A DNA stretch of 64,000 nt, from the IMG/VR virus record IMGVR_UViG_3300046665_000548, positions 124,001 to 188,000 of that record; one strand, written 5' to 3'. Below are positions 50,498-60,233 of the stretch, one piece after another. The translations under genes were made by a program, and so were the position numbers. Position 1 is the first letter of the stretch, and each line of letters begins with the position of its first letter. The notes under the pieces are model-generated. The model made no database searches. It was not told the DNA's origin and saw only the letters and a program-made list of their open reading frames with translations.

Positions 50498-51022
50498 ATG
50501 AGCACTACTACGATTTACGTTCTAGGCGCAGAGCCGGGCGAGATAGGAGAATGCCGCAACGCGTGGCGCGGCGCGATGTATGTTTGGAACGACATCGCCA
50601 AGCGCTATTTCAATCTTGAGGGCTTTCCTATGGGCATGAGTGGTCCAGGAGGAAAAGCCAACGAAATTTGGAATGCTGCATCCACGCATCCGCTGTCCAA
50701 GCATGAACAAATCGTTCTGCTCTCGACAATGGACAATGCCATCATCTGGGCAAAGGACATCGAAGAGGCTGCCCAAGCTTTCGACAAGTACGGCGAAGAA
50801 CATCCGAACAGCAGTCTTGCCGAACAGGCAAAAATTATGCGTTCACATTTTATTCGCCCCGACGACGCCGTTGCATGGTTGCAGACATCCGTGTCCGAGT
50901 TTTGGGGGCACGACTGGAACGATGAACGCGAAGACTACGATTGGTATGAACCCGCATCAGGTACGAAGCATTTTGACGTGATGGCGGAAGTGCGATCACG
51001 AGTGTTGGAGGAAGAGACATGA
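50498..51022 (+). CDS. hypothetical phage protein
   Basis: GGAGG SD, 174 aa. Confidence 0.6.
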   Translation: MSTTTIYVLGAEPGEIGECRNAWRGAMYVWNDIAKRYFNLEGFPMGMSGPGGKANEIWNAASTHPLSKHEQIVLLSTMDNAIIWAKDIEEAAQAFDKYGEEHPNSSLAEQAKIMRSHFIRPDDAVAWLQTSVSEFWGHDWNDEREDYDWYEPASGTKHFDVMAEVRSRVLEEET

Positions 51023-51774
51023 AGGTCGATGAACCGTTTACAGGTCTTGGATTTCTGATGTTCTCATGGGCATCATATTGCGATGGTGCGATCTGGGCAT
51101 CCGGCTGCTGCGCAGGAGTCGGGTTGATGTTCACTGCCTGCTGGCTCTCCACAATAGCAGAGCGTCGTAACCTGGAGAAAGCGCAATGATGCCTCCACAT
51201 CACGAAGCCTATTGTAACGCAAACCCTTCTTTGGAAGTTGGTTGCGACGGTTGTTCTTGCCGAGCCGGGCGTGAGATCAAACGGCTACGCCGCTTGTTGT
51301 CCAACACCGATCCCGTCGCGTGGGAGGTCTGGTGGGGCATTGGCGAGATGACCAGAAGTGACCAAGTTTTTCGGAACCGCGTTGACGCTCTGACACATGC
51401 GGCACAGATCAAAAGCGGCACCGATGTTCGGCCGCTATACGATACCCCGGCCGTCTCGCCTGATGATATCGCGTCTCCTCCTCCGGCCGAAAACAGAATG
51501 AATGACGAGCCGCGCCTCGCTCTTTGGTGTGCTCAACATCCTGATGATGCAGCAGCCGAGATCGAGCGATTGCGAGCGATTATATCCTCACAGCACTGGA
51601 CAGAGCCAAGCTTGCTTCAGCAGCGCGTAGACGCGTTGTTCGCCGCGCACGATGCATCTACGGATCACAAAACCCGCGATGCCCTTCGCGCCGCTATGTC
51701 CGCATTAGAGCAGCGACGTGATTAATTCGGATCAAGCCGATTACGATAAGCCTTTGCAAGGACTCGGCTTCATA

Positions 51775-52449
51775 TCATTTCCTGGAAATTGTTCGAACCG
51801 TACGATCCTGCACGTCCTCCGGAAGGATCACGATTTCATCCTCACGGTCTAACAGCGCCAGAACTTTGTTTTTTGGAGCTAACCCCGACGCAAGCCGAGG
51901 ATTCCGGCACTGACCATCTGAAAAGCGACGAGCAAACCATATCGCGGCCTCCTTGTCGAAGCTCCAAGAGAGCCCATCCAAGCCGTCCTTGTGCGTGAAC
52001 CCTCGCCATATCGGGATTAGGTCTGGCATGGAAGAAAGTCGCTGGCGCTGCTCTTTGCTCATCGCGTAATTGATTTCTTCGTCCAGCACCGGCTGCCACG
52101 TATCGCGCCAGTCATCCAAATTCTGCCAGATGTTCTCGCTGTCCACCCATACCTTTCCGACAGCGCTCCAATAAGCCTTGGGATCGCGCTGAGCGAGATC
52201 ATCACCAAGGTACTGGTGCAGAGCGTTGAACCGATAAGGACGCTCATGGAGCCATATAACGGCATCCCATCGTCGTTCTTTGAGAGCTTCCTCCAGAGCA
52301 TCCTTCTTACGAAGATACATCCGGTTGATCAGATCATATTCGTTGGAGAAAATACTCGCGATCACCAAAGGCGAATGGACGAGCCGCCCGAGAACGGTCG
52401 CTTCCTGAACCCAAGGAACGAGGTCATCATGCAGAGCGGCGTCGCTCAT
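51775..52449 (-). CDS. putative R-S-E type ADP-ribosyltransferase-like protein
   Basis: IWRG...GLSWS...REDEIVI. Confidence 0.55.
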   Translation of the reverse strand: MSDAALHDDLVPWVQEATVLGRLVHSPLVIASIFSNEYDLINRMYLRKKDALEEALKERRWDAVIWLHERPYRFNALHQYLGDDLAQRDPKAYWSAVGKVWVDSENIWQNLDDWRDTWQPVLDEEINYAMSKEQRQRLSSMPDLIPIWRGFTHKDGLDGLSWSFDKEAAIWFARRFSDGQCRNPRLASGLAPKNKVLALLDREDEIVILPEDVQDRTVRTISRK

Positions 52450-53231
52450 TTGGGTTCCCATCCAAGAAGAACTGTTTCGGTAACCTCCGGCAACAGGGCA
52501 GCAATTTCAGCGGCCTTGGCTTCTCGAATTGGCTTGTTGTCTTTTACCCAATCTGTCGCCCGGTGCAGAAGCTCGAATACATTGCTGGCCGTGACGCCAC
52601 CGTTGTCTTGCACGTGACGATCTACGAGAATATCGCTCGCAAGACTCCAGGCTCTTGCTTCGATGGTGTCGATGAATGGAAGCACCTCAGACGGCTTAGG
52701 ATAGCCGACAGCGGACAATACGCTAAACTCTAGTCCTGCGTTGCCGGGGCGGCCATCGCGCCCCAGGATGGCATCCCAGGTCTTTTTACGGGCCGTCCAT
52801 TGGCGGGCGGAGATACCGTCTTCGCGATCCGAATTGTCCCAGTACGAGTAATCCTCGATCTCGGGCAACGCCGTGAACCACGTCGTCCACTCACGTTGAT
52901 CGCAATGCAAGATTCCATAGACGCGGCTCTTGTGCGGCATCACACTGATAGAGAATTCAAAATCCACCTGCGGATCGCGATGTCCCGTTGTTTTTATTTC
53001 TTTTTGCCTGTCACGCAATTCGTTTCCAACATGCGACAACGGATGTTCGATTTTCTCGCCACGTCCAATGGAGTTGCGGTCGATAATACCGATTGCGTTG
53101 CTGGCCAAAAACTGCAAATGCGCAGCGCGTTGTTTCTCTTGAACTACCGGCCGCAGTTCCGCCAATAGACGATAGACGCCATCAAGCGTTCTAGGCTTGA
53201 AGCGAAAACCGTTATAGATGCGGGTGCTCAT
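52446..53231 (-). CDS. hypothetical phage protein
   Basis: 261-aa ORF coupled to its neighbours. Confidence 0.65.
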   Translation of the reverse strand: MSTRIYNGFRFKPRTLDGVYRLLAELRPVVQEKQRAAHLQFLASNAIGIIDRNSIGRGEKIEHPLSHVGNELRDRQKEIKTTGHRDPQVDFEFSISVMPHKSRVYGILHCDQREWTTWFTALPEIEDYSYWDNSDREDGISARQWTARKKTWDAILGRDGRPGNAGLEFSVLSAVGYPKPSEVLPFIDTIEARAWSLASDILVDRHVQDNGGVTASNVFELLHRATDWVKDNKPIREAKAAEIAALLPEVTETVLLGWEPK

Positions 53232-53443
53232 CGGCCGGAATCCCACCTGAGTTTGAACAGCAACGCAAGCTGCTGTTCCTTAAAATAGAACATCGTCGCG
53301 TCGCCGGGTTCTTCGACGTGACAGTCATCCCAAAATTCACAATTACCAGTCTGCTGAATCAACCATGCGGTGATTTCAGCAAGCTCTCCGCGCGTGAAGG
53401 AGCGACGAATCATCACTCGTTCTGCATAATCGTCTTTGATCAT
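53228..53443 (-). CDS. paralog family protein (FYFKEQQLALLFKLRW)
   Basis: Shared C-terminal motif. Confidence 0.6.
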   Translation of the reverse strand: MIKDDYAERVMIRRSFTRGELAEITAWLIQQTGNCEFWDDCHVEEPGDATMFYFKEQQLALLFKLRWDSGR

Positions 53444-53444
53444 T

Positions 53445-53909
53445 CTACCTGAACTTTTCGACGGCCCTACAAAGGGCTTCGATTTCGAAGTTGGACATTT
53501 GCGAGCGGAGACGATCACGAACCGCTTCAATAGCGGCACGGGTTTCGTCACGATCCTTTTGCGCCTGTTCGGCGGCGGCGCGGGCCTTCTCGTCTTCAAG
53601 TCGGCGCTTCTCAGAAACGGCGGCTGCGTGAGCAATACGGTCCTCGATGGCCTTAAGACCATCTTCGGTTATCGTGTATAAACGGACAGTCCAAACCCGT
53701 CCATGCTTCTCTGGATCGTACCCAAACGAGTGGCGAGGCGCTGGGATATCTTTTTCCTCAGCGGAGACCAGCCCTCGCTTCATGAGGCTTTCGAGGATGC
53801 TTGCGTGGGTACTGCCCCACAGCCATCCAGCGCCCTGATACCAACCTTTCTCCCTGTACAGGGTCCAGAGAAAGCTCTTCTGTGAGGTGCCGAGTGGGCG
53901 GGTTTTCAT
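53445..53909 (-). CDS. winged-helix-like hypothetical protein
   Basis: LESLMKRGLV...YTITEDG; TTGACG-N16-TAGATT promoter 7 nt upstream. Confidence 0.55.
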   Translation of the reverse strand: MKTRPLGTSQKSFLWTLYREKGWYQGAGWLWGSTHASILESLMKRGLVSAEEKDIPAPRHSFGYDPEKHGRVWTVRLYTITEDGLKAIEDRIAHAAAVSEKRRLEDEKARAAAEQAQKDRDETRAAIEAVRDRLRSQMSNFEIEALCRAVEKFR

Positions 53910-53945
53910 GGTTGCAAATCTACCATGAAACTGAGTTTCGTCAAG

Positions 53946-54608
53946 TCATTTCTTGAACTGGATAGGTTGCTCGGCAGGGTCTATCATGACTAATCCGGCA
54001 TATGCAGCCCAAGTCTTGGGGTCGCCAAGATTCTTTTCCAAAGCCGCAAGATGAATTTCAACCTGGGGGAAATTCATTAGACCAACCTCTACGGCGGCCT
54101 GTCTGGCGTTCCACTGCGCCTCGTTATAGACAGTAAGCGCGGCATGAGCGTTCGCGTAAACTCGACCAGCCTGTTTCAGTTCTTCGAAAAACTGTTCGTA
54201 GGTCCCGTGATAACGTCCGTCTTCTTTTCTGTATTCGAAATTATTACGGATATTGTCCATGATTTCTCGTTCATGGCCGTATTCGTTCCTGAGGTAGCGA
54301 AGAGCTTTCCTGACCTTGGGCGCAACCGTTCCGTAGCCGCAGTTGCCGTGAACAACGTGTTCGCCATCAGCCATGCGATGAGTCAAATCACCGATATGCT
54401 CGGTATCCCAAGCGTAAAGACCTGCGCCGTGGTGAATATTAGGATTGCCGTTACAGGCACCGCCCATATTTTCAGGCTTTCCCAACTGACCTTTCGCGAG
54501 ACCATCGAACGCTTTGATAGCATTTGATTTGGCTGGCTCCGGTAGAGCCAAGATGACGGCCCATCCGCGAATAACCTCTTCTTCATTGATCAGATCACGA
54601 TATCGCAT
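53946..54608 (-). CDS. late leaderless hypothetical protein
   Basis: TAAATA 4 nt upstream; MRYRDLINE. Confidence 0.7.
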   Translation of the reverse strand: MRYRDLINEEEVIRGWAVILALPEPAKSNAIKAFDGLAKGQLGKPENMGGACNGNPNIHHGAGLYAWDTEHIGDLTHRMADGEHVVHGNCGYGTVAPKVRKALRYLRNEYGHEREIMDNIRNNFEYRKEDGRYHGTYEQFFEELKQAGRVYANAHAALTVYNEAQWNARQAAVEVGLMNFPQVEIHLAALEKNLGDPKTWAAYAGLVMIDPAEQPIQFKK

Positions 54609-54822
54609 GCGATATTTAGTGCTTCTCTACCTTGCGAACGAGTTGAGTCAGTTGATCGGATGTAATGTCGTATACGCGTAAATTCGGCGTTGGTGCGAGA
54701 AGCCAGTATTTCGAATCGAACTCGGACGAGCACGAGGAATCAGCGCCCATGGCTGCTGCGAGTAACACGCATCCTGGGCGCATTAGCGTAATGTCAAAGC
54801 ATATTTTCATCTGAACAGTCCA

Positions 54823-55095
54823 TTAGCCCCATCGGAGCTTAAAGAGTGCGGCGTCACGTGCCCGTCTGAAATAGAAACTCGATTTGTACCATGTCCAGTT
54901 AAATCCTTCATCGTACATATCGTGAAAGATTCCACCATCCTGATAATGGATCGATCCGGTAATTGGAGTTTTAAAGATATGCTCACCCCACTCGCCAGCC
55001 TCCTGTAGAGGTCCGAATTCATTGAGCGTTATGACGTGAGGTAAGCGCTTCTTAAGCCAATCATCAAGCTCAGACTGTTTAACCCGCGTCGGCAT
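54823..55095 (-). CDS. paralog family protein (FYFRRARDAALFKLRWG)
   Basis: Shared C-terminal motif. Confidence 0.65.
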   Translation of the reverse strand: MPTRVKQSELDDWLKKRLPHVITLNEFGPLQEAGEWGEHIFKTPITGSIHYQDGGIFHDMYDEGFNWTWYKSSFYFRRARDAALFKLRWG

Positions 55096-55903
55096 GGAAC
55101 ACCGGATCGGCGTCTTCGAAGATCATTTCCACTCGGTTTTTTATCTTTAGTATCTTTGGGAAGTGGAACGTCCGTAGACGACTTCTCACAACGGGACCAG
55201 TCGGCCGTCTTGCCTCTGGAATGAGAACTAATTTCTCAGCAGGAAGCTCAGCCTCGAACACCTCTGAACGAATGAACGTCCCGCGTTTGAACGCTTCGGG
55301 ATAATCCTCGAACGTCACACCCTTCTCGCTCAGCAATTCAACCATTCCCTGACGAGATACGCCATTAAGCCGCTTGTGGCTCAAATGATGATGTGCGGCC
55401 ATCGAAACGGAATTGCGTTCGGCGTCGAGCACTCTCCAGAGAATTGCATTGGCAGCTTCTTCCTTTGACGGAAGCTCAAACACCCGAGCGTCGAAATGCG
55501 GAAGCTTGTCAGCATTCTTCGCGAACTGTTCGCTGCTTGCTAGCACAGCCTGATTGAAACGGGCCGTCGCCATGCCAGCAAGGATCGAGCATAGCTTCTG
55601 CACCTTGCCGCCAAACATCAGTTCCTGAGCCGGGTTCTCGCCATCGAGGTACCAAAGCAGAGAAATTTCATCCGACTGCGTATAGCCGATAACCGCATTT
55701 GTTTTCTGAACCAAATAAGATGCGGTCTCAACCATGCAGGCGTGAAACTCGGCGTCGAACGGGCGGACCATTCCCTTAGTGAACTTAGAGAAACCTCGGC
55801 CGTCAATTCGAGCATAGAGCGGCTGCCGCGCATCGAAACGAAGGGAGGTCTGCGCCGACTCGTACTGTTTCATACGGTCGCCCAAATCATCTTTAAACAT
55901 CAC
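55079..55903 (-). CDS. tRNA(His) guanylyltransferase Thg1-like protein
   Basis: RMKQYE, RIDGRGFSKFT, GYTQSDEISL, FGGKVQK, FDARVF. Confidence 0.93.
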   Translation of the reverse strand: MMFKDDLGDRMKQYESAQTSLRFDARQPLYARIDGRGFSKFTKGMVRPFDAEFHACMVETASYLVQKTNAVIGYTQSDEISLLWYLDGENPAQELMFGGKVQKLCSILAGMATARFNQAVLASSEQFAKNADKLPHFDARVFELPSKEEAANAILWRVLDAERNSVSMAAHHHLSHKRLNGVSRQGMVELLSEKGVTFEDYPEAFKRGTFIRSEVFEAELPAEKLVLIPEARRPTGPVVRSRLRTFHFPKILKIKNRVEMIFEDADPVFHADAG

Positions 55904-56568
55904 TGTCCTCTCGGAGGAGACCTTTTCGTTTCAGTCCGGCAACCTCGTCGTCAGGCACGAATCTTTTCATCCCGTTGATGAACGTGACTTTCGTGTAGCT
56001 GGTTGTCGTCCCACCCGTGTAAAGATCAAGCTCGATCTCGCGCTTGATCTCGTCTAGTACACGCGACCGTTCTTCGTTGAGTTCAACGACAAGCTTTTCA
56101 TTCAGCCGGAGTGCTTCAACGGCAGCAAGAAACTCACTCACGTTGCCTTCATTACGAGGATCAGCGTGTAGGGCTTCGACAGCCTTCCGGTGCCGCTCAC
56201 GCGCCTTCTCGCCATCAACCTTCCACGCTTTCGTGTAGGCTTCGTTAGCAAGGTCGAAACGTTTTCGCTCGTCTTTGGTCTGGGCTCGCATTACTTTACT
56301 CGAAAGCATGTATGATAGGGACGAACTAGCTGAAAATACTCGTCCTTTTTGGGCTCAGATGGCTTCGCGGACTTTTCATCTTTTTCCGCGTCATCTTCTT
56401 CTTCGGTAGCGTGCTCTTGGGCTATACCCGTGTGAGTCTTTACCAAAGCGAGGCCCGCTGCTTCGCACAAGTCCTTGGAAGCGAAACCGTCGAAACGATC
56501 TCGCTCCAAGCGCACGTCAGCACCACTCGATTGCTGGATGAAGAGCAGCGTGAATAGGAGCGTCCACA

Positions 56569-56988
56569 TTAGACGAGCGCATCCTTGACTACCTGCGACG
56601 CAACCTTGCCGTCATAACGACCACCGTAGTTGTCCTTCAGGTGCTTCATCACGATGCCCATGTTCGCGCTGGGGTTCTCTCGGCGGATGACGAGAACGAC
56701 TTCACGAAGCTCATCCTGGCTCATCTGCTGCGGCAGATAAGCTTCGAGAATTTTGATTTCGGCCGCGATCTTGTCCGAGGGGGCAAGACCCATGGTCTCG
56801 CGGGCATTCTTGAGGAACTTTTGAACCATCGCGATAGCCTCCTCCTCGGTGGTCTCGCGATTACCCGCGTCCTTTCCGACGCGATCCGCTTCGCCCTTCA
56901 GGGCGGTAAGCAGACCGATGGCGGTCTCGTCCTTTGCCTTGCGAGCCTGGAGTTGATCGGCGCGAATGCGCTCCATCAGCGTCGTCAT
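56569..56988 (-). CDS. GatB/YqeY domain protein
   Basis: ARKAKD, EIKILEAYLPQQMS, MGIVMKHLK...G.YDGK. Confidence 0.9.
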   Translation of the reverse strand: MTTLMERIRADQLQARKAKDETAIGLLTALKGEADRVGKDAGNRETTEEEAIAMVQKFLKNARETMGLAPSDKIAAEIKILEAYLPQQMSQDELREVVLVIRRENPSANMGIVMKHLKDNYGGRYDGKVASQVVKDALV

Positions 56989-57030
56989 GATACGGTCCTC
57001 TATATTAAAGAATGCGTGTGTACCAGAAAA

Positions 57031-57573
57031 TCAGCTTTTGGCAACATTGTTTCGTGAATTTGGTGCAGAAGAACCACTGCACAGGAGTGGTACCAGAGGG
57101 CGCTTCGCCAGATTGCTGTTGGCATATCGGTTATCGTGAGAGACCTCTTCGCCAAGCCAGTCCGGCGTAACAAAGTCTTCATCCTCTCCCCCAAGCTCGA
57201 TTTCGGCCGTCACAAGCCCGTCGTGCGCACCTTCGAACACATCCACATGCCAGACATGCGAGGGATCATCTTTAACCAACACGTGATATCGCGTCTTGGA
57301 AAGAACGTACTCGCACAATTTGAGCATTTCGTTCGCGTCATCGTATGGCACCTCATATTCGTACTCGGCGCGAGATACCCCGGATGTCTTGCCCTTGACT
57401 GTCAAAAATCCCTGACGCCGGTCGCCGTCCACGACTGTACGAACGCGCACGACCGATGGCTTGGTTTGAAGGTAGCCCTGGCAGAGCTTTTCGCCGTTGG
57501 CGCTTTTCCAGCAGCCAATCTCCCGCCAGCCATCACTCTTAACTAGGAATTTTCTCTCAATCTCTACAGGCAT
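57031..57573 (-). CDS. CYTH-domain triphosphate tunnel metalloenzyme
   Basis: EIERKFLV, QGYL, VRVR, TVKG, EYEY, AEIEL. Confidence 0.92.
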   Translation of the reverse strand: MPVEIERKFLVKSDGWREIGCWKSANGEKLCQGYLQTKPSVVRVRTVVDGDRRQGFLTVKGKTSGVSRAEYEYEVPYDDANEMLKLCEYVLSKTRYHVLVKDDPSHVWHVDVFEGAHDGLVTAEIELGGEDEDFVTPDWLGEEVSHDNRYANSNLAKRPLVPLLCSGSSAPNSRNNVAKS

Positions 57574-57620
57574 TCATTTTCCCCAACTAAAGTAAGTTCT
57601 GATCCCTCCTAAATAGCAGG

Positions 57621-58097
57621 ATGATGACCATTCGGGAAATACTGTTGTTGCTTGAGAGCGAAGAAATTCAGCCTCCGGATCACGTTCGGGCGGCGGAGAT
57701 GGATTCCAGGCTGCGCGACGTTGTGAGCGCTCTCCCACCGGTTACAGAGTGGGTCCCGCTTTTGAGGTCTCAAGCATGGTTCTCTCCGTTGCATTTCAGC
57801 GGCAACGAGGCAAATGCCATGGACTTCCAACCGAACGAATACGTATATTCACCAGTGGTCGATATTAGAACTGACCCGACCGCAAGAAGCGCGCATTATC
57901 GTAGAGGCGTGAAGAAGTATGTCGCGGCATTACGGCGCGGCGATACCTTGCCTCCGATCACGTACGTGTGGAATGCCCATTACTTAAAATGGAACATGCT
58001 CGACGGCAACCACCGTTCACAAGCTTACGCAGAGACAGGCACCTCAAAGATGCCTGCCATCTTTGCTTACCCTATTCGGGCTTTACTCCAACGGTAG
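57621..58097 (+). CDS. ParB/Srx-like domain protein, late leaderless
   Basis: LPPI...MLDGNHR; TAAATA 5 nt upstream; MMTIREILLLLE. Confidence 0.65.
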   Translation: MMTIREILLLLESEEIQPPDHVRAAEMDSRLRDVVSALPPVTEWVPLLRSQAWFSPLHFSGNEANAMDFQPNEYVYSPVVDIRTDPTARSAHYRRGVKKYVAALRRGDTLPPITYVWNAHYLKWNMLDGNHRSQAYAETGTSKMPAIFAYPIRALLQR

Positions 58098-58469
58098 GTC
58101 GCGATCTCGTTCAATAGGGGAATTGAGGAAGGCCGTCTTATCAGGACGAGTCGCTTTGTCCTCACGGGTCTCTCGTTTACGGCGACGCATCTGCTTGGCA
58201 ACCTTCTCCATGGCTACACCAAACGCGACGTAGATATCCTTGTGGGAATGTTCGCCAATGAATGGAGGTATACTTCCAACGTGAACGTTTACTGTGCAAA
58301 CGTAAGACGAGCCTTCTTGGCGGAAATGCACGGATGCAGATGTTATTCGATTGAACCATTTCGAAGCTGTCAGGACGATAGTGCTACGAACATGTTCGGG
58401 GAGAGCATCTCCTAGATCAATATGAGCCCCTTGAACTGTGATCTCTTTATCGACACCTTGAAGCTTCAT
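58083..58469 (-). CDS. hpf: ribosome hibernation promoting factor (HPF/RaiA, S30AE)
   Basis: ITVQGAHIDLGDAL...DIYVAF..AMEKVAKQMRRRKR. Confidence 0.85.
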   Translation of the reverse strand: MKLQGVDKEITVQGAHIDLGDALPEHVRSTIVLTASKWFNRITSASVHFRQEGSSYVCTVNVHVGSIPPFIGEHSHKDIYVAFGVAMEKVAKQMRRRKRETREDKATRPDKTAFLNSPIERDRDLPLE

Positions 58470-58870
58470 GCATTCTCTCCATTGGGTGACATATTTGTGG
58501 TTCGATTCCACGATGCCGTCAAGGACCCCTGAACTAAATATAACCGTGCAGATCATTGGAACAAATCGTCGCGAAGGAATTGACTGGGTTCAAGATAAAC
58601 TCGGTCCTATGTGCCCGCGCACCACGGCCGAAACAACTTTCTTGGGGCTTCTCAAGGAAGGTCAGATCATCGGCTGCAAATCCGCATTCATTCTAGCGGA
58701 AGACATGGGAGACGATGATCTTCGCAACATCGCTACCGATGAAGTAAAAAAGCGAATGTCCGAACAGGACAAGAAGCGACGTAAAGCACCTCGCGCGAAT
58801 AACAATTTCGCAGTAAAGCGAGACGGCAGCGAGGACGATGGTTCTTTGATCACCGTCCAAGTGCCAAACC

Positions 58871-59539
58871 CTACGCCTTCTTCGCAACCTTAATTCGATA
58901 GCTGCGAACCTGCGCGCGGATTTCACCCCGATCATACTTTGCGAACCGCACAAGATTTTCCATCAACGCCAGCACCAGAGCGGGACTGTACTTGTGGCCG
59001 TACAAGGGCCAGAGAGTATCGAGCAGGACGCGCGGGATGGTGGGCTTGGCTTGGACGAACATCACGTACTCAGGAGCGCCGTTCTTATTGAAGCGGCGCT
59101 TGAACTTGCTCTGGCCACCCTTGCCCTGGACGAAAATGGGCGGATGCTTAGAACGATCATTATAGAGCTTGCTCACCACCTTTTGGACCTCAGCCATGGT
59201 TGCAGGCTTCGCCTTGGGCGTAACCTCTTCGTACCACCAACGCCAAATGCGTGAAGATTGATAGTCACGAGGCTTTGACGCCTTGAACCTTTTAGGTCCT
59301 GCTTCTAGCTGAGCGTAAAATCCGACCTCGGCCGAATCATAATCAGTAAAGCTTTGTACCCAACGCAACTGGGTACTAGCGACAACCGTTCGGCCGTTCC
59401 AACCTTCCCAGCCAACAAAGTACCAGTTATTGGCCGCCCGACCCAAGACCAACTTGGCTTCGGTCTGGAGATGAGGAACCCTCATAAGAATTTCGGCTGG
59501 TTGTAGTGTAAGATCAAGAGTTGATCCAAACAAACCCAT
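58871..59539 (-). CDS. hypothetical protein
   Basis: GAGGAG SD, 222 aa. Confidence 0.65.
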   Translation of the reverse strand: MGLFGSTLDLTLQPAEILMRVPHLQTEAKLVLGRAANNWYFVGWEGWNGRTVVASTQLRWVQSFTDYDSAEVGFYAQLEAGPKRFKASKPRDYQSSRIWRWWYEEVTPKAKPATMAEVQKVVSKLYNDRSKHPPIFVQGKGGQSKFKRRFNKNGAPEYVMFVQAKPTIPRVLLDTLWPLYGHKYSPALVLALMENLVRFAKYDRGEIRAQVRSYRIKVAKKA

Positions 59540-59817
59540 GGCAAACTCCTCTGTTATGGGCTCAGATGATGTAAATCACCAACGCATATATTGTACGATA
59601 CTTCACGTATACACACAAGAGCTATGTTATTTGCTCAAACGACTTTGTTGCTTCAACTATTGTTCGTTTTTACTTTGGCTTGTTTTTGGCTTTACTTGTC
59701 TAATCTTAAAGTATGCACGTTTTGAACAGTATTCTCATAGATCAATACAATCATAAAACGAGTGACAAATTCGGAGAATCTGGTAAATACAAGCCATTCC
59801 CAACTATGGAGAAGGAA

Positions 59818-60135
59818 ATGCGTAAGGTGCCCAGGCGAAGGAGCACGACTGCTCGTGCTCTGTCCGACACTCGCTACCGTCAGCGGGTAGTCATCTCGAA
59901 GAAGGTTTATTCCAGGAAGGCTCGATCTCAGAAGGTCGAGCCTTCTGACTTCCGGGGATGCGGAGATTGGGTGGGGTATTCTCCGCATATAGTGCGGAGA
60001 ATGATTGGCACGCCCGGAGAGATTCGAACTCCCGACCTACAGGGTAGAAACCTGCCGCTCTACCGGCTGAGCTACGGGCGCATGCGATTATTTAACATTC
60101 TCGATACCAAAAGAATAGCAAAAATGCTTGCATAA
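59818..60135 (+). CDS. ArfA-like (alternative ribosome-rescue factor) basic protein, probably from a truncated mRNA
   Basis: ARALSDTRYRQRVVISKKVYSRK resembles ArfA [30 protein letters not shown] SD; in-frame hairpins before any stop. Confidence 0.55.
   Translation: MRKVPRRRSTTARALSDTRYRQRVVISKKVYSRKARSQKVEPSDFRGCGDWVGYSPHIVRRMIGTPGEIRTPDLQGRNLPLYRLSYGRMRLFNILDTKRIAKMLA
60006..60081 (-). tRNA. tRNA-Arg(TCT)
   Basis: Reverse-complement cloverleaf, loop TT-TCT-AC, G73, CCA; TAAATA at 60089-60094. Confidence 0.92.
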
Positions 60136-60233
60136 CTTGATATTTTGGTGCATCTTGAATGCTCGTTGTGTGAGCACCGCAGTTCATGAGTCGATCCGAT
60201 GGTTGCATTGCATTGCAGCAGAAGGAGAAGATC

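Noticed and set aside
59545-59780. AT-rich intergenic stretch as a replication origin
   Set aside because: No iterons or other support; explained by divergent promoters
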